The notes under the pieces were generated by a model. The model was not told the origin of the DNA, made no database searches, and worked only from the letters and a program-made list of their open reading frames with translations. A stretch of DNA of 63,907 bases, filler included, from Octopus bimaculoides (taxonomy: Eukaryota), in assembly GCF_001194135.2 (NCBI RefSeq). It is 5 parts of 4 records of this genome, joined end to end, with 100 filler letters (N's around TTAATTAATTAA, not from the genome) between each part and the next. Parts side by side here need not be neighbours in the genome. Positions count along the whole stretch, not along the records: positions 27,958 to 51,988 come from NC_068987.1; positions 52,089 to 56,466 come from NC_068987.1; positions 56,567 to 62,547 come from NC_068992.1; positions 62,648 to 63,907 come from NC_068995.1; 1 more part is not named here. One strand, given 5' to 3'. Shown one piece after another: positions 51,207 through 63,907 of the stretch. How positions within the stretch are numbered: the stretch's first letter is position 1; each line of letters opens with the position of its first letter. The position numbers were made by a program, and so were the translations under genes.

Positions 51207-51988
51207 TTGTGTGTCAATGCATGTGAGTGAAAATACACAAGAAAGTGCGTACTCTTATGAAGTACACATGGATTCATCCATACACACATTCACACACCTG
51301 CAGGTTGCTTACTAAATATTCTAGTGAATGTTATCTCTGCTGTAGATCAACCCATCCAGGGGCTGAGTTAAAAGGGTGGGACTGCTAAACATAAACAACA
51401 ACAGCAACACTTTATCTGTAACAGGAGTAAAAAAAATTAATAAAAAAAAAAGATTAGCAAGTTTACTCTCCTGTAACTTTTAACGGCTATAAAGTTTATT
51501 CATACGGATAAGAGGAAGGCATCATCAGGCTTCTAAAAGCAGTGGTGAGATGGTGGTGGAGACAGACTGGGAAGGCTGATAGGGGGAAGATTTGTGAAAC
51601 ACTCCTCCTCAAAGTAATAACAAATATACTCTGATTCATGATGCCTGCTACACTAAGATAAAGTGATCTCACAGGGTATGCGGATAAGTGTGTGTGGTTG
51701 TGTATTTACATATATATATATGTGCATGTATTTATGTATATGTATATATATGTATGTATTTGTATGTGTCTGTGTATATATATATGTGTATGTATATATA
51801 TATATATATATGTGTGTATGTTTATATATATGTGCATGTATATATATATATATATATATATATAAAGAAATATATATATTAAATTGAGGGAAAACAAGGA
51901 GAAGAAGCTGGAGAATAAATGGATGTAATTACTGATTTATTTGTATGTTGTAGAAAGATGACGTTTTTTTTTTAAAAAAAAACATTAC

Positions 51989-52088
51989 NNNNNNNNNNNN
52001 NNNNNNNNNNNNNNNNNNNNNNNNNNNNNNNNTTAATTAATTAANNNNNNNNNNNNNNNNNNNNNNNNNNNNNNNNNNNNNNNNNNNN
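51989..52088. other. Synthetic 100-bp scaffold-join spacer
   Basis: N44-TTAATTAATTAA-N44. Confidence 0.95.
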
Positions 52089-52204
52089 TATATATATATA
52101 TACAGACATATACACGAATATACACTTCTCTCTCTCTCTGTATATATATATATATATATACGCACACAAACATACACAGACAGAGAGAAGCAGAAAAAGA
52201 TAGA

Positions 52205-52530
52205 TAGATATACACACATATACATACCTACATACATGAATGCATACATAAACACGTACATATGTAGATAGATAGATAGAAAGATAGATAGATACATACA
52301 TACATACATACATACATACAAACATATATACATACATGCATGCATGCATACATACATACATACATAACATATACATACATACATACATACATACATACAT
52401 GCATACATACATACGTACATGCATACATACATACATACATACTTACATACATACTTACATATATACATACATACATACATACATACATACATACATACAT
52501 ACATACGTACATACATACATACATACGTAT
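52205..52530. repeat. Long imperfect (CATA)n/(GATA)n microsatellite
   Basis: Direct reading; source of the poly-YVCM/HTYI pseudo-ORFs. Confidence 0.95.
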
Positions 52531-53024
52531 CCATTTGACGTCGATTCTAGAATATTCCTTTCATATTGTTATCAGTCTCTGATTTGTTCCGTTACACGTT
52601 GCGAATCCAAATGAGTGCATTGCTTGGGCCATTCAAATTAACTGAATTTCCCATTTAATCATATTCTGTTGACTTGCAAAACAACGGTTGCTTTAATATC
52701 AAATACATTGTGTTTAAATATTCGAGTAACGGTCATAGTTGGCAAGGTTTTGATCATAAATCTGCTCACTGAGGATGACTAAGTCATAAACAACTAGAAA
52801 ACTATCGTGAATCCTTTGTTACAAGTTCTATCTTGTCCCTCATAAAACTGTTATTCTTTATCTAAAATAGCAACCATCTCAGTGTTTCTTGTAATCAAGC
52901 ACCATCCTGCTTAAACAGAGAGAGAGAGAGAAGGACAGAGAGAGAGAGAGAGAGAGAGAAGGAGAGAGAGAGAGAAAGAGAGAGAGAGAAGGAGAGAGAG
53001 AAACACATACAAATACATACAAAT

Positions 53025-53057
<33 letters not shown>

Positions 53058-54764
53058 CTACGCCCGCATATTGATTGCTAGCAAGGACACAATATTTCGT
53101 TTTGCAACCATAACATACTACCAACCTTATTAAAGATCAGCAGTCAATATTGTACCGTATTTACTTCTGTGCTAGCAGTGCGTTATTTTCATTTTCAAAT
53201 TTATCCCTACAGATGTTCTATAGAGTTCATAATCAGCACTCAAAGTAACAGTGTCGTAACCATCAGTGTTACTGTGAACTCTATAGAAACACACACACAC
53301 ACACACACATACACACACAGGCACGCACGCACACGCACAGACATGTACATACACACATATACATACATATATATATACATATATATGATAGTGACTAGGC
53401 TGTATCTGTCAGGAAATTAGATTTTTGGATTTGATTTACAAGATTCTTGATTTGAATTCTTGTAACTTTGATGGTCCATTTAACTAATAATAAACACACG
53501 CACTGGTTTTGTTTTTCTTCTCTATTTCTTTTTTTTTGCCATTTGACTAACCATTTAATCAATTAACTGTCTTTCGTGAGTATCAATAAAACAAATTACT
53601 TAATTTTGGTACCTAATGATATATAATACCACCAACAAAACTATACCCTATAATCAGACCAATTAAAATCGGAAGCGTTAGTCGTACCACATACGCTCAC
53701 ATACACATGCACACATACCGGTATGTAACCAACGGATATATACGCTCGCTAGCGAGAGAGGTTATATTTGTTTGCTAGACGTTATCATAGATCGCAGCAA
53801 TATTTCAGTTAAGCCAGACCCTAAACCTTACGTATGGAATATTATAGTCAATAGATAAACTTAAACTTTACTTGAAATACGATATTGTTCCTCAAATTAT
53901 CAGAAACATACAGCAATAGAAATAATTCTGTTTAAACAGCTTTACAAATATCTTTGATTTTATATGTAATTTCACGATTAAGAAGTTCCAACAACACATA
54001 CATATACATTTCCGTTAATAGATGTTTAAGATTTCAGTGCTAAAATTCATAATTATCATGCTGTTTGTCACTTCGCCATCATATTTATTCAATTTAACCA
54101 AACAATGCTGTCACACTGGAAATGCCTATGGCAAGCAACGTTAAATTCCGCTGGATTCAAAATAAACATCATATCGCTATTTTTATTTATACAATCCTTT
54201 GACAACGCAAGCGACCACAGTGAATCACCTACCAATATGTAGATATTATTGTGTTTACAGATACTTCACAGAGAATCTAAGTATTTATTCAAGAAACTGA
54301 AATGTCTTCAATCGCAGCTCTGAATTTTATATTTCGTTTCTTCAAAATTTTCTTTATCTACGCTTAAATGAATGCACGAAATTCAACGACATTACAGGCG
54401 TTTGCATACGGATATAAGATAAATTATTCACGATTTAACGAAATTAGCTCCACTTCCAGGGTGGGGACGCAAATGGCATGGTGACATTTGGTAACAACTT
54501 AAATTAAGAAGAGATAAACTGAAGAATCGAGGGTTCAATAAAACTGACAGGCCATAAAGGAAAAGATATTCTGACTACCTGGGTGCATTAAGACATGTGT
54601 TTCTGCGTTACTATACGTCACCAAAACAGAGATTATCTTTCCTTATCACCAGTAACAGAAATGTCAGTATTTATATGAACGAGCAGATTACAGCTGAGGT
54701 CAAAGGTAATTTGCATACATGAAAAGAAAATGAGCTAAGAGAAAAAGAAATTAAAGTGGTCAAT

Positions 54765-55243
<479 letters not shown>

Positions 55244-55324
55244 AAAAAAACAATAGCAAATACTAACATTTAATTAATTCTTGAAGTTACCACCCCTCCC
55301 AGACAAAGTGAGCCACAACACAGT

Positions 55325-55600
55325 GGCAATTGGTACCAAATCAAAATAAGAATGGGGAAATAACCTCGAGAATCAAAAAGCTAAAAGTTTGGCGTAAAAT
55401 CAAAGAATAAATATTCTGATAGTTTGGAAAATGCCGATTACCGTAGATATGTGTTTCAGTTGCAACAGGCGTCATCAGCACAGAAATTAGTTAACAGCAA
55501 TTCTAGTCATAGGGAACATAGATACCTACAAAAAAAAACTTGTAAAGCTTGTCAAGAACCTGCTCTACAATTCTTCGCATACGTCTAAGTATCGTCGGAA
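55325..55600 (+). mobile_element. Possible highly degenerate R4/Dong-type LINE C-terminal region
   Basis: Frameshifted patches (NWYQ, LENQKAK, NILIV, TAILVIGN) loosely follow the order seen before restriction-like endonuclease domains; weak. Confidence 0.25.
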
Positions 55601-56410
55601 TGGAAATAATTTAGAAAAATTGCACTGATGACGTATATTCAGGCAAAAAAACACGTGACCAAATGCGTCATCTTGTCTCCGGATAATACAAAATTACTTT
55701 CCTTAAAAGCTTGCCAATTTCCTGGAATTCCTGATTTTTGTGATTATCTCTCCTTGTCAATTTTAGATAAATGATAACCAGCAATCGATCGGTACATACT
55801 TTTTATTTCTCTCTTACTCCCTGGCTCCACTCATTCTCTCTCTGTTTCTGTCTCTTTGTTCCTATATACCTCCCTCTGTCTGTCTATCTATCGGTCTCTC
55901 TTTGTTTGCCTGTCTTTCTCTCACTCTCTCACTCCCTCACTCCTTCTGTCTCTGTCTTTCTCCCTCCCTCCTTCCCTCCCTCGTTCTCTCTACATGCATT
56001 GATAATTTCTAATAATGAAAACTTTATCGTGTATGTTGTTGCTTATCGTATCCTCGATTCCTTTATGTGGTCCCAATACATGTTCAAGTACACAGAACAT
56101 CGTAAGCTATTGGATCTAGTTGGTTTCAAAAATTGAAGTTTATCAAAAATACTAAAATTCGGCACAATAATATAATTTTCCAAGCTGAATTGCTGGTGTT
56201 ATTTCACTTTTTCCAGAAAAATGTTTCTAAAAATTTAGACAGGTTTAAAGCTTGATCATTTTGACCCAGTCAAGAAAGAGAATTTGGAAGCTGTCATTTT
56301 GTGCGTGATCGCATATTTTGTCGTCGGCATCCTGAAAATAGTACGTGTTGTCAATATTTGTAAACAACACAAGTTTTGTAGTTTCAAGCATAGTACGTTT
56401 TAATTTCACA

Positions 56411-56466
<56 letters not shown>

Positions 56467-56566
56467 NNNNNNNNNNNNNNNNNNNNNNNNNNNNNNNNNN
56501 NNNNNNNNNNTTAATTAATTAANNNNNNNNNNNNNNNNNNNNNNNNNNNNNNNNNNNNNNNNNNNN
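56467..56566. other. Synthetic 100-bp scaffold-join spacer
   Basis: N44-TTAATTAATTAA-N44. Confidence 0.95.
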
Positions 56567-56577
56567 ATACATATATT

Positions 56578-56643
<66 letters not shown>

Positions 56644-57974
56644 GATTTAAACTCTACACTTTACACTACACATTGAGTGCTCTGCTCCCTCCTTAGTAAA
56701 TACAGATATGTTTATTCGCGAGTGTATATGTGTGCTTATATAAAGACAGAGAGAGGCAGAGTAAGAAAAGTATGTATATAGATACACACGTACCTACACA
56801 CGTATACATTATAAATGGGTTACTGTCGTCAGCATTGTCACCATTGCACATGTTGAACTATAACCCGTTCTCACGCCGAGATAAAGCGCGCGATTGCGAC
56901 TTTAGAAAATCACTGCATCCCTAGTTCCTTTACTCATTCTATTGAGAAGGGTCATTATCATCACCGTGCAGTGGGATCATTATTTGTTGTGGTCGATTCT
57001 GAGAGCTTTGATTGGCACCGACTGTTGGAGAGTTTGCCTGGGTAGGTACCTCTATGAAACAGAAAGGAAGATGCCCTGAAGTTAGCTCGTCTTTTGCCTT
57101 ATTTAATGCAAAATCCCCACGTCGCTTCGATCATGATTTCCCGTGCAGACGGCGTATTTTATAAATATGTCTAGTCAATATATCATAATAGCATGAAACT
57201 ATTAGTTGCTCTTTCTATATGTGTACGTGTGTGTGTGTTTATGTATGTCACATCTGTATTATTTCTCTTGTTTAGTACCTCTTAAATCGTTATTTATATA
57301 CAATAAAATATCTTTCCCTCATCTCACTCTCTTTCTTTCTTTCTCTCCCCCCTCGCTTTGTCTCCTTCCAGTATTTTTTAATTTGCTCTGTTAAATTATT
57401 ATTAGTTCCCTTCATCAACATCTTTCTATTTTATTTTATTTTCTACTTTTAAATTATTTCCTTTAAGCAATAAATATTTTACGATGCAAACGATATATGT
57501 TAATTTTAGATTTTTATTTCGTCACATTTGTTTACAAATCATTTGACAGTTGTCTTATAATGTCTTCAAACCAAAGAGATGCAAAGAAAATTAGAGAATT
57601 ATCACATTTTATTATATTTTGAAATCAATTTTTGTGATATATATATTTTTTTATCTAATGTGTCATTTATGAGATTTTGTTGAGATTTTATTTCCCTGTG
57701 ATTACATGTCAAAAGAATTCAAATTATTACATTGTTTTATTTTCTATCAAATGCATACAAATGATTTGTTTTTTAAATACAAAGTGTCCTTAGAAATTAA
57801 ATACTTCAAATGTATTTAAGAACAATCGATTATAACACTCAGAATGAAGAAGTTCAATAACGAGTGCTCTGTACTAGAGAATGAAATGAAACGGAATAAA
57901 CACGTGTATTGTAGAAAGTTTTCAGACCTTCCACATCCACAAATAATAAAAGAAATTATAATCTTTTTTTCTCT

Positions 57975-58168
57975 AGACACAAGGCCCGAAATTTTTGGCC
58001 AGTCGATTTGATCGACCCAGTACGCAACTGGTACTTAATTTATCGACCAGAAAGTATGAAAGGCAAAGTCGACCTCAGGGGAATTTGAACTCAGAACATA
58101 GCTGCAGACGAAATACCGCTAAGCATTTCGCCCGGCATGCTAGCTTTTCTGCCAGCTTACCGCCTTAA
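57975..58168 (-). mobile_element. SINE family B, CpGs retained
   Basis: Reverse of GGCAGAA..TAGCATGCCGGGCGAAATGCTTAGCGGTATTTCGTCTG...GAGGTCGACTTTGCCTTTCAT...GGGCCTTGTGTCTAGAG. Confidence 0.9.
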
Positions 58169-58636
58169 TAAAAGAAATTATAATACCCGCTGAATAAATA
58201 AAAGAAAAACATCACCGTGTGTACCTATAATGGTCTTTATACAGAGGTCTGGAATCTTCAGGTATTGCTGCATGAATAAGATGTCCGGGCACAACTGCCT
58301 AGTGAGGGTACGATTTCAGAGGACGTGACTTGGGGGTTTTGTACCATAGCAAGACGGAACCATGAACGTTTTCCAAGTAGAATAAGATATTCTTCATGTA
58401 TAGGTTATAATAAGAATTACAGAAATTATAAACTGGGAAAATATTTTTGAATTTAAAGTAGTATCAAAGAAGCAGTAAAAGAGCCAGTGCCTCGTAGGTC
58501 CACATGCTGGAAATAGCAGCCAGATTTTCCGCTCTTTATAGCTGAACACTTTGGACAGTTTGATTAAGATATACATACATACGTTCACATACATATATAT
58601 ACACACTTACATACACACGCACGCACGCACTCGCAC

Positions 58637-58674
<38 letters not shown>

Positions 58675-58807
58675 GCATACACTTCAGTCCCACTGCGTGG
58701 CACGTTGGGCGTATATTTTCTACAATGCCCTCGGTCCAACCAATGGCTGTTGAGTGAATTTGGTGGACGGAAACGGAAAGAAATCCGTGGTATATACATA
58801 TATATAG

Positions 58808-58990
58808 TGGTTGTCTACTCCTTACACAGAGTTTGACCACCTCCTGCACCTACACCTTAGCCCGTTCAGGGCGTCTGATGTGTCTTTTTAAACCAGACAG
58901 TGTTTTGAAAAAACACCCACACAGATTGCACCTCTGATTTGCACTACCAATACCTGCAAGTAAGTTCTGCTCATTGTGGATCCTAACATG
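58808..58990 (-). mobile_element. LINE (RTE-like) 3' end with C2H2-type zinc finger
   Basis: Minus strand translates GSANQRCNLCGCFFKTLSGLKRHIRR, then a short 3' tail ending at a TA run. C-terminal CxxC..GL..H fingers are typical of RTE ORF2. Confidence 0.6.
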
Positions 58991-59226
58991 TCTTTTAAGA
59001 CCCCCATTGGATATATATATACATGTGTGTTCTGTTANNNNNNNNNNNNNNNNNNNNNNNNNNNNNNNNNNNNNNNNNNNNNNNNNNNNNNNNNNNNNNN
59101 NNNNNNNNNNNNNNNNNNNNNNNNNNNNNNNNNNNNNNNNNNNNNNNNNNNNNNNNNNNNNNNNNNNNNNNNNNNNNNNNNNNNNNNNNNNCTATCACAC
59201 GCGCAGACACATACACACATACATGC

Positions 59227-59258
<32 letters not shown>

Positions 59259-60320
59259 GCATGTATGTGTGTATGTGTCTGCGCGTGTGTGTATGTGTGT
59301 GTGTGTGTATGTGTGTGTATGCATGGAAACACACAGTGATGTATGGTATATCGGTGTGTAAGCGATTGTATAAGTATGAGCTAATGGATGAATGTATTTT
59401 GCGTAATGGTACTGTCTGGCATGTGCAGAATAACATGTTGAAACTGAATAAATAAACAGACAACGTGCATATTGCAGCTCACGTCGAACGTTATAACACA
59501 CTCATGCCGAGCGAATTAAAACCGTCAGCGTTTATTAAATTCAAAGAAGCCATGGATGTTGTAGCATGGAAATCTAGATTTACTTACGGAGACAGCAACT
59601 GAGTATCGTCCGAGGAGATACATATAGATCTTCTTATACAAGTAAATCGTTACATAATTTACTTTAAACTTAACTTTAAATCCTGTATATACGAGAATCT
59701 GCATATATCGAAACATTTGTAGTGAGTAAAATGCTGCCTAACCGTACTTACTCTTCCTTTTGACTCTTTTACTTTGTACTTTTTACGTTATGCATATATA
59801 TATATATATATATATATANNNNNNNNNNNNNNNNNNNNNNNNNNNNNNNNNNNNNNNNNNNNNNNNNNNNNNNNNNNNNNNNNNNNNNNNNNNNNNNNNN
59901 NNNNNNNNNNNNNNNNNNNNNNNNNNNNNNNNNNNNNNNNNNNNNNNNNNNNNNNNNNNNNNNNNNNNNNNNNNNNNNNNNNNNNNNNNNNNNNNNNNNN
60001 NNNNNNNNNNNNNNNNNNNNNNNNNNNNNNNNNNNNNNNNNNNNNNNNNNNNNNNNNNNNNNNNNNNNNNNNNNNNNNNNNNNNNNNNNNNNNNNNNNNN
60101 NNNNNNNNNNNNNNNNNNNNNNNNNNNNNNNNNNNNNNNNNNNNNNNNNNNNNNNNNNNNNNNNNNNNNNNNNNNNNNNNNNNNNNNNNNNNNNNNNNNN
60201 NNNNNNNNNNNNNNNNNNNNNNNNNNNNNNNNNNNNNNNNNNNNNNNNNNNNNNNNNNNNNNNNNNNNNNNNNNNNNNNNNNNNNNNNNNNNNNNNNNNN
60301 NNNNNNNNNNNNNNNNNNNN

Positions 60321-60355
<35 letters not shown>

Positions 60356-60535
60356 ATGTATGTATATATATATAAATTTAAATAAGTATCACTAACATTA
60401 TAACTAATAATGTTAATAAATGAGTGGCTAGCAAGTTTAGACATTTACAGTTAAAATATAAATAATCACATACACACACACACACACACACATACACACA
60501 TACACACACACATACACACACATATATATATATTA

Positions 60536-60570
<35 letters not shown>

Positions 60571-61727
60571 TGTATGTATGTACGCATGTACACCTACACT
60601 TAAACGCCCGCTTGCATGTGAAGGTAGGCAGAAGCGTGTTGATCATTTATCGCTTATTATTCCAAATTGCTGCATAGTTTCCAGATAATATTTTTTTATA
60701 TATTCCATTAACTAACAGTACTCGTTTAAACTAGTTTAAAACAATTTCACTGAATCTTTTGAAAATCAATATATTTATTTACATTGATTATTGAATTATC
60801 GTCGCAAAGTTTTCAACATTTAAGTATAAACATTTGAAGATTTATCTAATAAAATGGAGTTATTTGAATATGTTTTATATACGTATATATGTGTGATTGT
60901 GTGTGTGTGTATTAGAGTGTGCATCGCCCTCTCTTCCTCTGTAAATGTATATATGTTTGTAAATGTATATAATATATGTTTGTATATACATACACATATA
61001 TCCATACAAATATTAATATATACACATACACAAACACATATAAATAAATATTTTGTTTAAAACTTTTTTATTAGATAAAATATATGTGAATACATGTATT
61101 ATATATAAATATATATACAGATGAATATATATCATGAATATTGAACATGTATATATATATAATGAATATACAGGATATATGCGCATAACTATTTTTATTT
61201 GATAAAATAAATGTGCGTGTGTGTTTGTGTGTCGCTGTGTGTGCATGCACGTGTACATATTTTTAAATCAAATTTGTTGACAATAAAATGTTTTAAATAA
61301 ATGTTATTATATTTCTATCAATTTATCTATAAAGCAAAACGCAAAATGAAATTTATTCAGCAAAGCTAAATACGCATAAAAAAATTAAATATTCAATAAA
61401 ATGCTCGGAAAACTTTACCATTAAAAACAAATACAAAAAACAAAATTCTTCCGTAACTTCTAATGATATTTTGAATTCATTTCTTAGATTTAAACAAATT
61501 GTTGGAAATGATATATAATTCGTACGTGTATTTCTACCAAATGAAATTTAATATTATTATCCCCACCGAGTCTATTAGCCGGCTATTATTTAGCTTAGAA
61601 AAAAGCTATTTTCATTGCACCTACTTTATAAAAATTAGACACACCAGGATTTCGGACAGACAATACACAAACACCTGTATACCCACTTGCACATAAAGCA
61701 GCATTTAAGAATGTATAATTTCTTTAT

Positions 61728-61950
61728 TGCCCACAAGGGCCTAAACATAGAGAGGATAAACAAGGACAGACAAAAGGATTAAGTCGATTACATAGACCCC
61801 AGTGCGTAACTGGTACTTAATTCATCGACCCCGAGAGGATGAAAGGCAAAGGCGACCCTGGCGGAATTTGAACTCAGAATGTAGCGACAGACGAAATACC
61901 GCTAAGCATTTTGCCCGGTGATCTAACGTTTCTGCCAGCTCACCGCCCTT
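61728..61950 (-). mobile_element. SINE family B, young copy
   Basis: Near-consensus head and centre with CpGs intact (CGCCAGGGTCGCCTTTGCCTTTCATCCTCTCGGGGTCGATGAATTAAGTACCAG on the minus strand). Confidence 0.9.
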
Positions 61951-62511
61951 AAGTATATATAATTTCAATTTGTTCAAACATCCAATTAAGACACTCTGCA
62001 CATCTATATAGTTGAAAATGAATGTACAGCAAAAAAGCTATCGCTCTATTACTTGGATCGTAAAGGATGCGGCATTACCCAACATCATTGTCCTTAGAGC
62101 TATTCCATCTGTCTTTCGGGGAAAAATCACGGTTATATTATTACGTAAAGAATACGAAATTTATGAATTTCGCTCTCTGTGGTCAAATTATTTTCATATA
62201 TACACAAGAAAACCTACCTTCTTTATAAATTATCTGGTTGCATGTTCCTGTCTACTTCCATGCTGTAAGCCGCTGTCGCCCTATTGCAAAGGTTACCCTA
62301 AATAATACCAGATTCAATCGAACCGTTCCATGTACGCCTCACGAGCGGGGTGAGAGAATTCAGAAATAAATATATACAATAAAGGAGCTAAATTTGGCTA
62401 ATTAAAAATTCATTTGAATAGACAAGTGTGTGTGTGTATGTGTGTGTTTGTACACACAAAATGTATGTATTTATGTGCTTGTGTCTATATATATATATCT
62501 ATCTATCTATC

Positions 62512-62547
<36 letters not shown>

Positions 62548-62647
62548 NNNNNNNNNNNNNNNNNNNNNNNNNNNNNNNNNNNNNNNNNNNNTTAATTAAT
62601 TAANNNNNNNNNNNNNNNNNNNNNNNNNNNNNNNNNNNNNNNNNNNN
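62548..62647. other. Synthetic 100-bp scaffold-join spacer
   Basis: N44-TTAATTAATTAA-N44. Confidence 0.95.
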
Positions 62648-62697
<50 letters not shown>

Positions 62698-63182
62698 AAA
62701 TTAGAACCATCCAGAAATATCGCACCGTTCCATTCTCGTTTGCGTTCCCCCGCCTGCCTCTCACGATACGAACATGCAAACATTTTTAGTGTAATGCTGT
62801 ATAAAACATGGTACACCTCCCATGTAGTTATTGGTTCTGCTGTGGCTGTTAACGAGTTTAGACCTTCAGCATCAGATTTTGTTGTTGTTGTTGCTGCTGT
62901 TTTGCGAGTTGTTTATTTCGTTATTTTTGTTACTGCCGTTGTGATCGGTGTGGTGTCAGCTATTACCGATTCACGTTTGTGTTGCTAGGTGAATTAAGAA
63001 CTGCACACATACATACATACTCACATACATACATACATACATACACATATACATACATACATACATAAACACACACATATATATGTGCATATATATTTAT
63101 AATATCTCTCACTATATATATATATATATATGTATATGTATGTGTATATATATGTATGTGCAAGTACACACACACATACATA

Positions 63183-63907
63183 CAAAATTTGACAAAATAA
63201 TGGAAACACCTTAAAATTTCAAACAAATTTATTTTAATATGGGGTAGGACCGCCTTTGGCAGTAATTACAGCTTGAATTCTACGAAGTATGGACTCGTAC
63301 AAAGTATCAATCGCTTCCAAAGGAATTTTTGTCCATTCTTCAGCTAAATCAGTCTCCAGTTCTTGTTGTGATGATGGTGGAGGATATCGACTCCTTGTTT
63401 GTTTTTCTAAAATGCACCATAAATGTTCAATAATATTGAGATCTGGGGAACGTGGTGGCCAGATAAGATATTCAGCTTCACTAGAATGTTCCTCGTGCCA
63501 TTCAGTAACAACTTTAGCTGAGTGAATTGGTGGATTATCATCCTGAAAAATTGCGTTTCCCTCCGAAAGCAGTTTCGCAAGTATAGGATGAATTTGATCA
63601 GATAAAATGCTCAAATAGACTTGACTATTAATTCTGCCATGAAGGGAAACCATTGAACCGGCGGATTTCCAAGATATAGCCTCTCAGATCATCACAGATC
63701 CTCCTCCATGTTTAACAGTTTGAAGAAAGCAGTCTGGGTTAAATGCTTCTTTTGGCTGTCTCCACACGTATACTCGGCCGGTGGTCGGAAATAAGGTAAA
63801 GGATGACTCGTCCGAGAAAATAAGTCTTCCACTGCTCTAGGGACCAATTCTGTAAGTTTTTACTCCACTCTAAATGCTTTGCAACCTTTGTTTTTGAAAG
63901 TAGTGGC
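63183..63907 (-). pseudogene. Tc1-family transposase pseudogene (DD36E spacing) with terminal TIR; runs off the window end
   Basis: IFSDESSFTL..GRVYVWR..TVKHGGGSVMI*..FQDDNPPIH..WPPRSPDLNIIEHLW..IQAVITAKGGPTPY*. One frameshift near 63830 and one in-frame stop near 63690; TIR-like CAAAATTTGACAAAATAATGGAAACAC after TA at 63181. Confidence 0.93.

Noticed and set aside
58830-58960. Plus-strand exon ending CAA|GTAAGT
   Set aside because: All plus frames from the nearest acceptor contain stops; the minus strand is better explained as a LINE zinc-finger 3' end.

Overview
AT-rich, microsatellite-dense eukaryotic genomic DNA, not prokaryotic. The repeat landscape resembles what I recall from Octopus genomes; this is an inference, not a database result. 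About 15 N-gaps are present, nearly all flanked by (TA)n/(CA)n/(TTA)n runs. Four identical 100-bp synthetic spacers (N44-TTAATTAATTAA-N44) split the window into five joined pieces: 1-27857, 27958-51988, 52089-56466, 56567-62547 and 62648-63907. Almost all ORF-track entries are microsatellite or gap artefacts. The only convincing host coding sequence is one large exon (CDS 39026-40387, + strand, phase-0 donor) encoding a Ser/Pro/Thr-rich N-terminus of an unidentified protein. The rest is transposon-derived: several tRNA-headed SINE families (working names A, B, C, D, F), a (TAA)n-flanked element (E), RTE LINE fragments (one with a PHD finger), mariner remnants, a DD36E Tc1 pseudogene, hAT and piggyBac-type MITEs, and a tRNA-Asn pseudogene. 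I found no CRISPR array, rRNA or clearly novel multi-gene system. The most unusual items are a head-to-head palindromic tRNA-SINE with a hammerhead-like core, the microsatellite-flanked element with a 5x31-bp terminal array, and a CpG-decay domain around the gene. Repeat boundaries were read by eye and are approximate.
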